Shown here: positions 17,496 through 30,759 of the stretch, in pieces
Layout of the letters: each line of letters opens with the position of its first letter
Position numbering within the stretch: the first letter of the stretch is position 1
Source: Dehalococcoidia bacterium
GTDB lineage: Bacteria > Chloroflexota > Dehalococcoidia > Plut-88900
Assembly: GCA_965249275.1 (NCBI GenBank)
Contig: CBDFLQ010000006.1
Coordinates: 128,001 to 192,000 of the forward strand
Direction of reading: 5' to 3'
DNA length: 64,000 bases
Notes under the pieces: model-generated
What the model was told of the DNA's origin: nothing
Databases searched by the model: none
The model's input: the letters and a program-made list of their open reading frames with translations, nothing else
Program-made: the position numbers and the translations under genes

Positions 17496-19808
17496 TCAAG
17501 GCCTAGCTTGATTGAATTTTGAGAGCCATGCAAGATCACTCTCTAATGCGGGGCGACGCCAATATATGCGTCTCACTTCCGATACAAATATCGGATCCGT
17601 ACTTGATACCGCGTGCCAGATTCTTAATGTTTCTGTGAGTGCTTGAATGTCCTCCAATTCATCATATGCGAGAGCAAGTCCCCGGTAGATTCGCGAACGT
17701 GGAACTGAATATTCTTCTGGAGGAGCCTTTAGTGCCCGCCGGAATAAATCTACCGCAGCGTATCGAGCGCTCTTCGCCTGTGAGAATTGGTTGAGATTGT
17801 CCAAGGTCTTGGCTTCTCGCGACCTTAGGTAGCCCGCGCGGTGGCAACGTCCATCTGATTCCTCACACCTTTCGAGTGCCAGTTGCGAAACTTTGATCGC
17901 GTTCCTCCACAGCCCTAGAAGATTCTCCTCAGTATCCCTCCAAACCGCTTCCTCCGCAGAACGGATTTCCAATTCCGTCCAGTGGAAATACATCTCTGGT
18001 TTTCTGGGCCCGAACTTATGGGCGTTCTTGAAAGCCTCCTGAGCCTCTGACCGGAATTGTTGAGGGTTCCTAGCATATATCCATCCTAGCATTCCATACA
18101 GGTCAGGATCGTCTCTTAGCTCTCCAGTCATTGCTAACACTAATTTGTTGGTGGCAGCCTCTATTCCAGAGTGATCGTGTTCCTCTTTAGCATCCCTAAT
18201 CGCCTTCCCTATCGCCAGACGCTTTGCTTCCGTTGTTCGCTCTCCTGTTAGGCCCTTATATGCTGACACCGCCGATAGTAACTTCGGGTGCTTCGCGAAT
18301 GTGCTTCGAACTAAACGCCGCGTATTGGAATTGATGCTGTAAGCAGGCTCGGAAGTCTCTTTATTATCCACGCGGTGTATCAGTCCACTACTTAATAAGG
18401 TAGTGACACCGCTTTCCACATCATCGTCTGCCAGCCCCCCCACCTGGCTAATCTCAACAACGCGCAGAGGCCGATTGCCCACTGCAATTGAGATAAGCGT
18501 ATCTTCAGTCACACCTCCAAGGCGTTCCAACTGCCGTCGCAACGCATAAACGCGGGCCCCATCTCCTTTGCGGTGCTCCCATTCTTCAATTGCCTTCTTA
18601 ACCCCTACCAGTGCCGCATAACGGATGAGGTCATCGACGAACAGGGGATAGCCTTGTGTGACAGCTCGGATTCTAACAATGTTCTTTAGACATACATTTT
18701 CGTCGACGCCATATTCACCTGCGCGCCCAGCAATGAAGTTTTGGAGAGTCTCGTCGTCAAACGGAGGTACCTCCATGTAACGTATTCCTGGAATCTGTTG
18801 CCGCGAGGTAAACAAAACCTTGCTTGCGGTAGGGCGCAACTCGAACAGCAACATTTCCGCAGTATCCTGATCGTCAATCACTGTATCTAGATCGTCAACG
18901 ATCAGCAGACAGCGTGTATTCCTCAGTTCGGAGAGCATTTCATCTTTCGACACGTCGTAGCGATCACTTCCGTATAGTGCATTCACAATGCGATTACAGA
19001 ATGTAGGCACATCCTCAAAATCAGGTATCCGCTCTTTAGTAGAACGATCTACGTATTCAATCTTCTTTGCAGTGAGCCACACGATCGCGTCAATGTAATC
19101 AGACGCGATGTCTCGTATTTCCTGAGCGAACTTATGGGCCAGAGCGCTCTTCCCAACGCCACCATATCCCCACACCATGCGCTGTTTAGAGTCACTGGTA
19201 AACCAGTCCAACAACTCCCTCAATTGCTCTGATCTTCCTAGGAATTCGTCATAGATTTCGTCATGCGGGGGCAATTGAACCTCAATGGGTCTACCGCCCC
19301 AAGGATCAACTCCCGAAAGTAACGAGTCCAGAATGTCGTGAAACTCTTTCCCTATCGGGGAATTGATTGCATCCAGTAGTATTTGTGCGTTTTGGATAAA
19401 CCGGATTAAATCCACGCGGCGAATGATGTGTTCTTTGCGGCGATGCGCAAGGTTATGTCTGAGTTCTGTAATCTCTCCCAGATATACTTTCACTCGCTCT
19501 TGCTGACCCAATAAGCAGGAGAAAATCTTCCAATTACCAATGACAATGTTAGAGAGATGCTCAATGCCGAACAGTTCTTCATCAGATTTTCCCATGTCTA
19601 CGACCCGCATAGGGTTGTTCAACATCTTCTCTACGCGTAGGAACTCTTCCTCCTTAAAGTGTCTTCGCACTCCCTCCTTTAGCCAGTCATCTCCAATGGC
19701 CATCTGTAAGTTCTTTACTATCGGCTCATGGAATCCATCTAAGAAATCCAGTAGTTTCTCGTTGGCAAAGTCATTTATGTTCAAGATTGTTAGCCCCCTA
19801 TACCACAA
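17496..19808 (-). CDS. Swt1-like HEPN + STAND (NB-ARC-like) NTPase + wHTH + TPR-like protein; candidate defence protein
   Basis: N-terminal ELRHNLAH (RxxxxH), FLGRSEQL, Walker A GYGGVGKS, Walker B LLIVDD, LFTSR, GYPLF, helical C-terminus. Visibly lower GC than flanks. True start may be TTG at 19784. Confidence 0.75.
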   Translation of the reverse strand: MWYRGLTILNINDFANEKLLDFLDGFHEPIVKNLQMAIGDDWLKEGVRRHFKEEEFLRVEKMLNNPMRVVDMGKSDEELFGIEHLSNIVIGNWKIFSCLLGQQERVKVYLGEITELRHNLAHRRKEHIIRRVDLIRFIQNAQILLDAINSPIGKEFHDILDSLLSGVDPWGGRPIEVQLPPHDEIYDEFLGRSEQLRELLDWFTSDSKQRMVWGYGGVGKSALAHKFAQEIRDIASDYIDAIVWLTAKKIEYVDRSTKERIPDFEDVPTFCNRIVNALYGSDRYDVSKDEMLSELRNTRCLLIVDDLDTVIDDQDTAEMLLFELRPTASKVLFTSRQQIPGIRYMEVPPFDDETLQNFIAGRAGEYGVDENVCLKNIVRIRAVTQGYPLFVDDLIRYAALVGVKKAIEEWEHRKGDGARVYALRRQLERLGGVTEDTLISIAVGNRPLRVVEISQVGGLADDDVESGVTTLLSSGLIHRVDNKETSEPAYSINSNTRRLVRSTFAKHPKLLSAVSAYKGLTGERTTEAKRLAIGKAIRDAKEEHDHSGIEAATNKLVLAMTGELRDDPDLYGMLGWIYARNPQQFRSEAQEAFKNAHKFGPRKPEMYFHWTELEIRSAEEAVWRDTEENLLGLWRNAIKVSQLALERCEESDGRCHRAGYLRSREAKTLDNLNQFSQAKSARYAAVDLFRRALKAPPEEYSVPRSRIYRGLALAYDELEDIQALTETLRIWHAVSSTDPIFVSEVRRIYWRRPALESDLAWLSKFNQARP

Positions 19809-19957
19809 ATTAACTTACCCTGTGATTCTAAGAACAAGATATCATCTGTATGCACAGCATGAGTAGCCTCCACCCCCAATTGACCCCCACCCCCTCCGTC
19901 ATTCCAGCCGCCGAGAGCCGAAATCCATCCCATCTCCCTTCTACCCAGTACTGAACT

Positions 19958-19997
19958 AGAGGCAGAGGTTGGCGCAGAAGCGCCAACCTCTGCCTCT
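19958..19997. repeat. Perfect 18-bp hairpin
   Basis: AGAGGCAGAGGTTGGCGC-AGAA-GCGCCAACCTCTGCCTCT. Confidence 0.85.
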
Positions 19998-20110
19998 GTT
20001 CTTATCTCTCCCTCTCCCTTAATGGCCCTAAGGGAGAGGGGGATAAAGGGGGTGAGGGTTCCCCGGTGGGGTTGGGGCGTTGTCCCCCGCCTAGGTGTGC
20101 AATCAACCCC

Positions 20111-20140
20111 TTGACCTTACCTGAACATCCGTGCTACTAT
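20111..20140 (+). promoter_or_regulatory. Sigma70-like promoter with LexA-like box (element E3)
   Basis: TTGACC (20111-20116), GAAC-ATCC-GTGC (20123-20134), TACTAT (20135-20140). Confidence 0.7.
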
Positions 20141-20810
20141 CCCCACCGTTCGAACACCACCCTAACTATCTCAAGGAGGAACCAAAAACCCAGGGAAGCC
20201 CACCCGACCCACCCGAGGACTCAACGTCCAAGCCCATCCCAATGGCCCTCACACGGGGCCCGCGGCTCAAGCGAAAGCGGAACGTCCGCCTATGGAGAAA
20301 CGCCATCTCCTCACTCCATCGGGTCCCGTGCCCCTTCCCTACCCCCAGGCGATGGAAAGACGCCCTGGTTCGCTATCGTTCCATGTGAGGCTCCTAACGG
20401 AGATGCCGCTCCTTCAAGCGGAATAGCGGTCGGATAGGCCCGGCGCCGAGGTCCTCTCGGTACACCGTCCGCTTAATGAAGCCGGGAGCCGGTGGTCTAC
20501 GCGCTCCGGGTCGCACCGGCAAACTTGAACACACTACGCCTGCAGAGGCCCGGCATCGGACGCTGGACGGGCCTCCTGGCCGCCCTATAGCGGTGCAGCC
20601 AACCCCCGGAGTCGGGCTCGGACCTGCTGGCCCTGAAGGTCCCTGCCCATGTCCAGTGTATACAGGGCCAAAGGCCGCAGCAGCGGCAAAAGCGGGCCGG
20701 CGCCCTTGCCCCAGGGCGTCGGAGCGCCCGAAGCACATGAACAGGGGCAGCGTCCAGCAAGCGTCTTCCATCGCCAACCTCCCAGACAGAACAATCAAAA
20801 CCCTACCCCC
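20111..20810 (+). other. Dispersed structured intergenic element E3
   Basis: About 200 nt of the 5' part is highly similar to E4. Long-range stem 20348-20363 / 20761-20775. Confidence 0.55.
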
Positions 20811-20938
20811 CACAACTGAATAGAAACCCGGCGTGTCACTAATCTACTGGACGAGTTCCCCCAATTGACCCCCCACCCCCGACATGCTACCATCCCACCT
20901 AGTGACCCCTATCCCGTGGTAGGGGTCGCATTCGGATA

Positions 20939-21874
20939 TTGAGCCACCCTGTGCTGGAAGAGCTAACCGCCCCCCCACCTGAGAGACACACCGCCGTCGC
21001 CATCGGGGTGTTCGACGGTGTGCACCTTGGACACCAGGCCCTCTTCCGAAGCACCATCGCCCAAGCCCAGGCCCGTGGCCTCGACTCAGCAGTCGTAACC
21101 TTTCGAAACCACCCCCTTACCGTCCTCTCGCCCACCTTCCAACCCCGCTACCTCATGGACCTGCAAACTCGCCTTGAAGCAATCTCATCCTTCGGCATCG
21201 ACCATACCGTCGCCATCAACTTCACCCGGGAAGTGTCACAGCTAAGGGCGAGAGAGTTCGTGCAGCGACTTTCCGAAGGCCTCAACATGAATGTCCTCGT
21301 CTGCGGGCAGGACTTCGCCCTTGGCAAGAACCGCGAGGGAGACCTTGAGACCCTGACAAAGCTGGGAGAGGACTACGGTTACCAGGTCGTCTGCCAGGAC
21401 GTAATCCAGGACGGAAGCCTTACCGTCAGCAGCACCGCCATCCGGCAAGCCCTCGCCGAGGGAAACATCGAATTGGCCATGCGCCTCATGAGCAGACCCT
21501 TCCGACTCTCGGGGCCCGTGGTGATCGGCGACAAGCGGGGCCGGCTCCTCGGCTTCCCCACCGCCAACGTCGATGTCCCTCCCGACCGCGCCCTTCTAGC
21601 CGACGGCATATACGCCACCCGCGCCCTTGTCAAAGACCGAACCTTGGACTCCATAACTTACATCGGCAACAAGCCCACCTTCGACGGCGAGAAGCGTGCC
21701 ACTGAGGTCTACATCTTCGATTTCGACGAAGACATATACGGCCAGTCCATCGATGTAGATTTCCTGGCCAAGATCAGGGGCGACATGCGCTTCTCCGGCG
21801 CCCAGGAGTTGATCGACCGGATGAACATTGACGTAGAAATGGCCCGAAATGCCCTCTCATCAAGCCTCAGCTAA
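20939..21874 (+). CDS. ribF: Bifunctional riboflavin kinase / FAD synthetase
   Basis: IGVFDGVHLGHQ, VSSTAIR, GRLLGFPTAN. Confidence 0.95.
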   Translation: MSHPVLEELTAPPPERHTAVAIGVFDGVHLGHQALFRSTIAQAQARGLDSAVVTFRNHPLTVLSPTFQPRYLMDLQTRLEAISSFGIDHTVAINFTREVSQLRAREFVQRLSEGLNMNVLVCGQDFALGKNREGDLETLTKLGEDYGYQVVCQDVIQDGSLTVSSTAIRQALAEGNIELAMRLMSRPFRLSGPVVIGDKRGRLLGFPTANVDVPPDRALLADGIYATRALVKDRTLDSITYIGNKPTFDGEKRATEVYIFDFDEDIYGQSIDVDFLAKIRGDMRFSGAQELIDRMNIDVEMARNALSSSLS

Positions 21875-23082
21875 TGACTACCGGCAAATACGACTACATA
21901 TTCAACCGCGGAGTCACCGAGGTAATCCGTCGCGAGGAGTTGGAACAACTCCTCGATGCTGGTAAACCTCTCCGACTCAAAATGGGGTTCGACCCCAGCC
22001 GCGCCGACATCCACCTCGGCCACACCGTCGGGCTCCGCAAGCTGCGCCAGTTCCAGGAGCTCGGCCACCGGGTCATCCTCATCGTTGGCGACTGGACAGC
22101 CCAGATCGGCGACCCCAGCGGCCAGTCCGCCACACGGCAGATGCTCTCCGCGGAGACCGTCCGAGAAAACGCCCAGACCTACATGGACCAGTTCTTCAAG
22201 GTAGTCGACCGGAACCGCACCGACGTCCGATGGCAGAGCGAGTGGTTCGGCAACTTCACCCTCACCGAGGTCATATCCCTCACCAGCCGCTTCACCGTCG
22301 CCCAGATCCTCGCCCGTGAGGACTTCTCCAACCGCTTCAAGGCCAAACGGCCCATCGCCATCACCGAGCTCCTCTACCCACTCCTCCAGGCCTACGACTC
22401 CACAGTCATTGAGGCCGACGTCGAGTTCGGCGGCACCGACCAGAAGTTCAATCTGCTCCTCGGCCGCGAGCTCCAGTCCATGGTAGGCCAACGGCCTCAG
22501 CAGTGTCTGCTCGTGCCCATCCTTGTAGGCACCGACGGCGTACAGCGCATGAGCAAGAGCCTCGACAACTACATCGGCGTCGCTGAGTCCCCCAAGGACA
22601 CCTATTTCAAGGTCATGCGCCTGAACGACGACCTCATCCCCAATTACCTGGAACTCGTCACAGACATCCCGGACACCGATATCTCCGAAGTCAAAGAGGC
22701 GATGGCATCCCGCTCCGTCAACCCCATCGAGATCAAGAAGCGCCTCGCCCGTGATATAGTCTCCCAGTTTCACTCCACCGAGGCCGCTGCCTCCGCCGAG
22801 ACCGAGTTCGAACGCATCGTCCAACGCAAAGAGGCCGACGACCTCGTAACCGAAGTACCCTTGGCCTCCCTCAATGCCGGAGATACCGCTTTCATCCCCC
22901 GACTTCTCGTCAAATATAAGGCCGCTTCCTCCACCGGCGAGGCCCGACGTCTAATCGACGGCGGCGGAGTCGAGATCGGCGGAGACAGGCTCTCCGAATA
23001 CACTGTTGACCGCTCGAAGCTGGTGCCCGGCACCCGTATGAAGGTCGGTAAGCGCCGTACCCTTATCTTCATCGATGGCTAG
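21874..23082 (+). CDS. tyrS: Tyrosine--tRNA ligase
   Basis: GFDPS..IHLGH, GGTDQKFN, RMSKS, C-terminal S4 domain. Confidence 0.95.
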   Translation: MTTGKYDYIFNRGVTEVIRREELEQLLDAGKPLRLKMGFDPSRADIHLGHTVGLRKLRQFQELGHRVILIVGDWTAQIGDPSGQSATRQMLSAETVRENAQTYMDQFFKVVDRNRTDVRWQSEWFGNFTLTEVISLTSRFTVAQILAREDFSNRFKAKRPIAITELLYPLLQAYDSTVIEADVEFGGTDQKFNLLLGRELQSMVGQRPQQCLLVPILVGTDGVQRMSKSLDNYIGVAESPKDTYFKVMRLNDDLIPNYLELVTDIPDTDISEVKEAMASRSVNPIEIKKRLARDIVSQFHSTEAAASAETEFERIVQRKEADDLVTEVPLASLNAGDTAFIPRLLVKYKAASSTGEARRLIDGGGVEIGGDRLSEYTVDRSKLVPGTRMKVGKRRTLIFIDG

Positions 23083-23132
23083 CGGCCTTCTCCTCGGTGC
23101 TTAATCCGCTAAAATCTATTCAAGAAAGTGCT

Positions 23133-26304
<3,172 letters not shown>

Positions 26305-26919
26305 ATGTGGCCCTTTAAGAGGAGTAAGTGGTTGGGCGAGCGCTACGACCTCGCTGTCGTCGGTCTGGGCAACCCCGGCCCCGAGTACGACGGCACCCGA
26401 CACAACGTCGGCTTCGACTGCGTCGACAAGTTCGCCTCCGAGCACGGTCTGAAGTGGACGGGTCGTCGCGGCCCCCTCAAGTGGGCCGAGGGCCGGGTAA
26501 CTATTGAAGGGTCAGCCAAGCGTATCCTCCTCGCCAAGCCCCGCACCTTCATGAACCTCAGCGGCGAGGCCGTACGCTACATCACCACCCGCTGGTCCGT
26601 CCCCGAGGACAAGCTGCTGATCATCTACGACGACATGGACTTGACCTTGGGCACAATCCGCATCCGCATGCAAGGGAGTGCCGGGGGCCATAATGGGATC
26701 AAGTCCATCATCCGCGCTCTCGGCACCGAAAACGTGCCCCGCATAAGGGTCGGCATCGGGCGGGATGCCACCGGCCGGACTGGTGCCATCGCCCGGGTCC
26801 TCAGCCGCTTTTCTGCCGACGAAAGACAGGCTATGGACAACTCAGTCTCCACCGTCTCCGAGGCCGTAGCCTGCATCCTGTCCAAGGACCTGGATGCGGC
26901 CATGTCCCAATACAACTAG
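26305..26919 (+). CDS. pth: Peptidyl-tRNA hydrolase
   Basis: GLGNPG..Y..TRHNVGF, FMNLSG, GGHNG. Confidence 0.95.
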   Translation: MWPFKRSKWLGERYDLAVVGLGNPGPEYDGTRHNVGFDCVDKFASEHGLKWTGRRGPLKWAEGRVTIEGSAKRILLAKPRTFMNLSGEAVRYITTRWSVPEDKLLIIYDDMDLTLGTIRIRMQGSAGGHNGIKSIIRALGTENVPRIRVGIGRDATGRTGAIARVLSRFSADERQAMDNSVSTVSEAVACILSKDLDAAMSQYN

Positions 26920-26956
26920 CAGAAGCTTCCTCATTGGCGGCATTCGCCGCACCCTG

Positions 26957-27214
26957 CTATGGGACAACAACCTCCATAGCTTCCACCTCACCTTCCTCGC
27001 CATAATCTGAGCGGGACTCTGCAACCCCGTAATGCCGTGGGTCCGGCAGGGGAAGGCCATCTTTCCTCATCTCTTCGACATACAGTCCCACAGCCTCCTC
27101 AATGAGCTTGCACACCTCCTCCTTGGACTCCGCGGCAGCTATGCACCCCGGCAAATCCGGCGCATACGCACTGTAACTGGTAGTCCCTTTCTCTATTATG
27201 ACTATGTATTGCAT
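26957..27214 (-). CDS. HicB-family antitoxin-like protein (solo)
   Basis: YIVIIEKG..SYSAYAPDLPGCIAAAES.EE matches the HicB N-terminal fold. No hicA adjacent. Confidence 0.8.
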   Translation of the reverse strand: MQYIVIIEKGTTSYSAYAPDLPGCIAAAESKEEVCKLIEEAVGLYVEEMRKDGLPLPDPRHYGVAESRSDYGEEGEVEAMEVVVP

Positions 27215-27256
27215 AGCAGCTCTAACTTTTGGCATGTACCCCGATCCAATGACCCC

Positions 27257-28033
27257 CTACCATATGCTCCAACCCCCATCCACCATGATCGTTTGCCCAG
27301 TTATGTAGCTGGAGTTCTCCGAGGCCAGAAGCAGCAAAAGCCCAACCAACTCCTCCGGCTGCCCGACCCTGTTCATCGGCGAAAGGGCCTCGAGTTCCGC
27401 CTTCACGTCGGGTAGCTTAAGGAAACGGTCGGTCAGCTCAGTGTGGAAAAATCCTGGCCCGATTTGATTAACGGTTACACCCCTCTTGGCCCACTGCTTC
27501 GCTGTCTCCCGGGTCAGTCCCGCCATCGCGTGCTTGGCCGTGCAGTATCCAATGCTGGGATCGTTCTCCGGCGCGGCCTGCACCCCCTCCACCGAGGAGA
27601 TGTTGATAATCCTGCCCCATCCCCGGTCGAGCATCACCCGACCCGCCTTCTGCGTCAGCATGAACACTCCGAAAAGGTTGGTGTCCAGAATGATGCGGTA
27701 CTCTTCAAGGGTCGTGGTTTCGGTCCACATCGCCATGCCGCCCCGAGCCGCGTTGTTCACCACGATGTCTATCCTGCCAAACTCCTCCATCGTCTTCGCC
27801 ACCAGTTCGTCTATCTGGTCCTCCTGCGAAACGTCGGTCTGCATCACGAGGCACCGCCGTCCCCGCTCCCTCACCCCCTCGGCAGTCTGTTCCAGCCGCT
27901 CTTTCCGCCTCGCTGCCACCACAACGTCCGCCCCCGCCTCTGCGAGCGCGTGGGCGAACACCACCCCGAACCCCGAGGATGCACCCGTCACTATAGCTAC
28001 CCTATCCGTCAGATCGAACAATTTCTCAATCAT
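27257..28033 (-). CDS. Short-chain dehydrogenase/reductase
   Basis: TGASSGFG, NNA, YCTAK, GQTIMVDGG. Confidence 0.9.
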   Translation of the reverse strand: MIEKLFDLTDRVAIVTGASSGFGVVFAHALAEAGADVVVAARRKERLEQTAEGVRERGRRCLVMQTDVSQEDQIDELVAKTMEEFGRIDIVVNNAARGGMAMWTETTTLEEYRIILDTNLFGVFMLTQKAGRVMLDRGWGRIINISSVEGVQAAPENDPSIGYCTAKHAMAGLTRETAKQWAKRGVTVNQIGPGFFHTELTDRFLKLPDVKAELEALSPMNRVGQPEELVGLLLLLASENSSYITGQTIMVDGGWSIW

Positions 28034-28101
28034 GGCTTCTCCCTTCTTAACGCGAAACGGCAACCTGCGCGCTGCGCAGGTTGCCGTTTCCTAGTCCGTC
28101 T

Positions 28102-29520
28102 CTAAGCGTGGTAGTACAGAGCAAACTCGAACGGGTGCGGCCTCATTCTAACCGGGTCGACTTCGTTGATCCGCTTGTATTCGATCCACGTCTCTATCAA
28201 GTCCGGCGTGAAGACGCCGCCCTTCAACAGGAATTCGTGGTCGGCCTCCAGAGCGTTCAATGATTCTTCCAGGCTGCCAGGTACTTGGGGAATTCCCTTG
28301 GCCTCTTCCGCGGAGAGTTCGTACAGATCCACGTCCATCGGTTCTCCGGGGTCCATCTTCTTCTCTATCCCGTCCAGACCCGCCATCAGCAGAGCCGAGA
28401 AGGCCAGGTACGGGTTTGCGGTAGGGTCAGGAGGTCGGAACTCGATGCGTACCGCGTTGGGCAAAGTCGAGTAAGCCGGAATCCTGATACAGGCGCTCCG
28501 GTTCCTGCGAGAGTAAATCAGGTTTACCGGTGCCTCGTACCCGGGGACTAGACGCTTGTAGGAGTTGGTGCCGGGAGCGCAGAAGGCCATCAAGGCCGGA
28601 GCGTGGGCCAGCAGACCGGCTATGTAGTGTCGGCACATGTCGCTGGTGAAGGCGTAGCCGTCCCCGTAGAAGAGGTTGATGTCGTCTTTCCTCAGGCTCT
28701 GGTGGACGTGCATTCCCGTACCGTTGTCCCCGAAGATCGGCTTGGGCATGAAGGTCACCGTCTTTCCGTGCCGCTTGGCCACGTTCTTGGCGATGTATTT
28801 GTACAGCAGTGCCTTGTCGCCCATCTTGGTGAGCGTGTCGAACCGGATGCTGATCTCGCTCTGGCCCCCGGTTGCCACCTCATGATGGTGCATCTCCACC
28901 CGGATCCCGACCTTCATCAGTTCCGTTGCTATATCGTTCCGGATGTCCGTGAGCGAATCCATGGGTGGAGCTGGTGAGTAACCCATTTTGGCCGGAGGTC
29001 TGTGTCCCAGGTTCGGCGAAGGGGCTCCCCTATTCCAAACGGCCTCCTGTGAGTCTATGTAGTAGTACGCCGCATTTGGCTGGTTGTCGTACCGGATGTC
29101 GTCCAGGATAAAGAACTCCAGTTCCGGCCCCCATGCGCTGGAATCGGCGATACCCGTGCTCTTCAGGTAGGCTTCCGCCTTCTTCGCTACATACCTCGGG
29201 TCCCGGGGATACCCATTACCCAGAACCGGGTCCCGTATGTCGCAAAGCAGGCTCAGAGTCGGGCGCTCGAATACCGTGTCAATGAACGCGGACGCCGGGT
29301 CGGGCACTATAAGCATGTCGCTTTCATTGATTGCTTGAAAGCCTCTGATGCTCGAACCGTCGAATCCCATACCCTCTTCGAACAATGCTTCATCCACTTC
29401 TACGGACGGCACCGAGAAATGTTGAAGCCGCCCGAACAGGTCGGTGAACTTCAGGTCCACGTACTCTATCCCCTCGTCCTTACACCTCTTTATTATGTCT
29501 TTACCGCTGGTCTCCGCCAT
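28102..29520 (-). CDS. glnA: Glutamine synthetase type I
   Basis: FDGSSIRGF, HHEVA, TFMPKP, NSYKRLVPGYEAP, RNRSACIRIP, DLYEL. Confidence 0.96.
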   Translation of the reverse strand: MAETSGKDIIKRCKDEGIEYVDLKFTDLFGRLQHFSVPSVEVDEALFEEGMGFDGSSIRGFQAINESDMLIVPDPASAFIDTVFERPTLSLLCDIRDPVLGNGYPRDPRYVAKKAEAYLKSTGIADSSAWGPELEFFILDDIRYDNQPNAAYYYIDSQEAVWNRGAPSPNLGHRPPAKMGYSPAPPMDSLTDIRNDIATELMKVGIRVEMHHHEVATGGQSEISIRFDTLTKMGDKALLYKYIAKNVAKRHGKTVTFMPKPIFGDNGTGMHVHQSLRKDDINLFYGDGYAFTSDMCRHYIAGLLAHAPALMAFCAPGTNSYKRLVPGYEAPVNLIYSRRNRSACIRIPAYSTLPNAVRIEFRPPDPTANPYLAFSALLMAGLDGIEKKMDPGEPMDVDLYELSAEEAKGIPQVPGSLEESLNALEADHEFLLKGGVFTPDLIETWIEYKRINEVDPVRMRPHPFEFALYYHA

Positions 29521-29785
29521 GGGTCCTCCTTTAATCGTGTGGTAACTCTCTTGCTCTTCTCTTGCTTGGTTACGTTATGTCTCCTGTTGTACGGTTCACA
29601 CCGCGCAATCTCCAGGAATATGTATTGTCGGTTTGGCGCGAGGCCGCAGGGGAATATACCAACTTGCGAACTCACACACAACGGACAAACGCCCCACGGG
29701 CCCTGAAGTTAGAGAGGGCGCCCCCCGGATTGGAGGGCGCCCTATACAAGACGTGTCCATTTCTCTTTGCGTACAGGTCGAGCGG

Positions 29786-30604
29786 TTAGGCGTGGGCCAG
29801 CACGCCGCAAAAGGCCTCGTAGTCGATTAGTTCCGTGACCGTGGGGTTGTCTCCGCACACCGGGCAGTCCGGGTCACGACGCACCTTCACCTGCCTGAAC
29901 TCCATGTCTAGCGCATCGAAGATCATCAGCCGGCCCGTCAGCGGTTCACCAAGCCCGAGCAGCAACTTTATCGTCTCGATTGCCTGGATAGTTCCTATGA
30001 TGCCAGGAAGAACGCCCAGCACTCCGGCCTCGGCGCAACTGGGCACCATGCCGGGGGGAGGGGGGTCCGGGTAGAGGCAGCGGTAGCAGCCCTTGTCATG
30101 GGTGAACACCGAGGCCTGTCCCTCGAACAGGAATATGCTGCCGTGCACGTTCGGCTTCTTGGTCATCACACAGGCGTCATTGACCAGGTACCGCGTGGGG
30201 AAGTTGTCCGTGCCATCCACGATAACGTCGTAGTCGGCCATTATCTCGAAGATATTCTCGGAAGTGAGGCGTACGGGGTGGGATATGACGTTGACGTCCG
30301 GGTTGATGCCCTTGAGCGTGTCCGTCGCCGAGTCCACCTTTGGCCTCCCCACGTCACTGTTTCGATGCAGTATCTGCCTCTGCAGGTTGGTGAGGTCTAC
30401 TACGTCGAAATCTACGATCCCCAAAGTCCCGACCCCCGCAGCTGCCAAGTACAGCGCTGTCGGCGATCCAAGACCCCCTGCCCCGATCAGAAGCACCTTT
30501 GAGTCAAGCAGTTTTCTCTGCCCTTTGCTCCCGACCTGCGGCATTATAAGATGTCTGCTGTATCTCTGGACTTGTTCTTTAGTGAAAGCGAGCGATGTTG
30601 CCAT
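29786..30604 (-). CDS. moeB: MoeB/ThiF-family adenylyltransferase
   Basis: RYSRHL, GAGGLGSP, NLQRQ, CYRC, CPVC. No rhodanese domain. Confidence 0.85.
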   Translation of the reverse strand: MATSLAFTKEQVQRYSRHLIMPQVGSKGQRKLLDSKVLLIGAGGLGSPTALYLAAAGVGTLGIVDFDVVDLTNLQRQILHRNSDVGRPKVDSATDTLKGINPDVNVISHPVRLTSENIFEIMADYDVIVDGTDNFPTRYLVNDACVMTKKPNVHGSIFLFEGQASVFTHDKGCYRCLYPDPPPPGMVPSCAEAGVLGVLPGIIGTIQAIETIKLLLGLGEPLTGRLMIFDALDMEFRQVKVRRDPDCPVCGDNPTVTELIDYEAFCGVLAHA

Positions 30605-30759
30605 TAAGACAATTCCTCCGAGGGATTCATGCCTGTTTTTTCGGCCTGTCCATCCCCTTTTCCGCTATCCAAGGACGATATATGATAACATAGCGTTCGC
30701 TCCCCTTCAATTTGGGGGCTAGCTAAGAAACGATAACACTGACCGGAGATACCGATCCC

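Noticed and set aside
29521-29700. GlnR/TnrA box or glutamine riboswitch upstream of glnA
   Set aside because: Only partial GTAAC/GTTAC words; no convincing consensus or structure.
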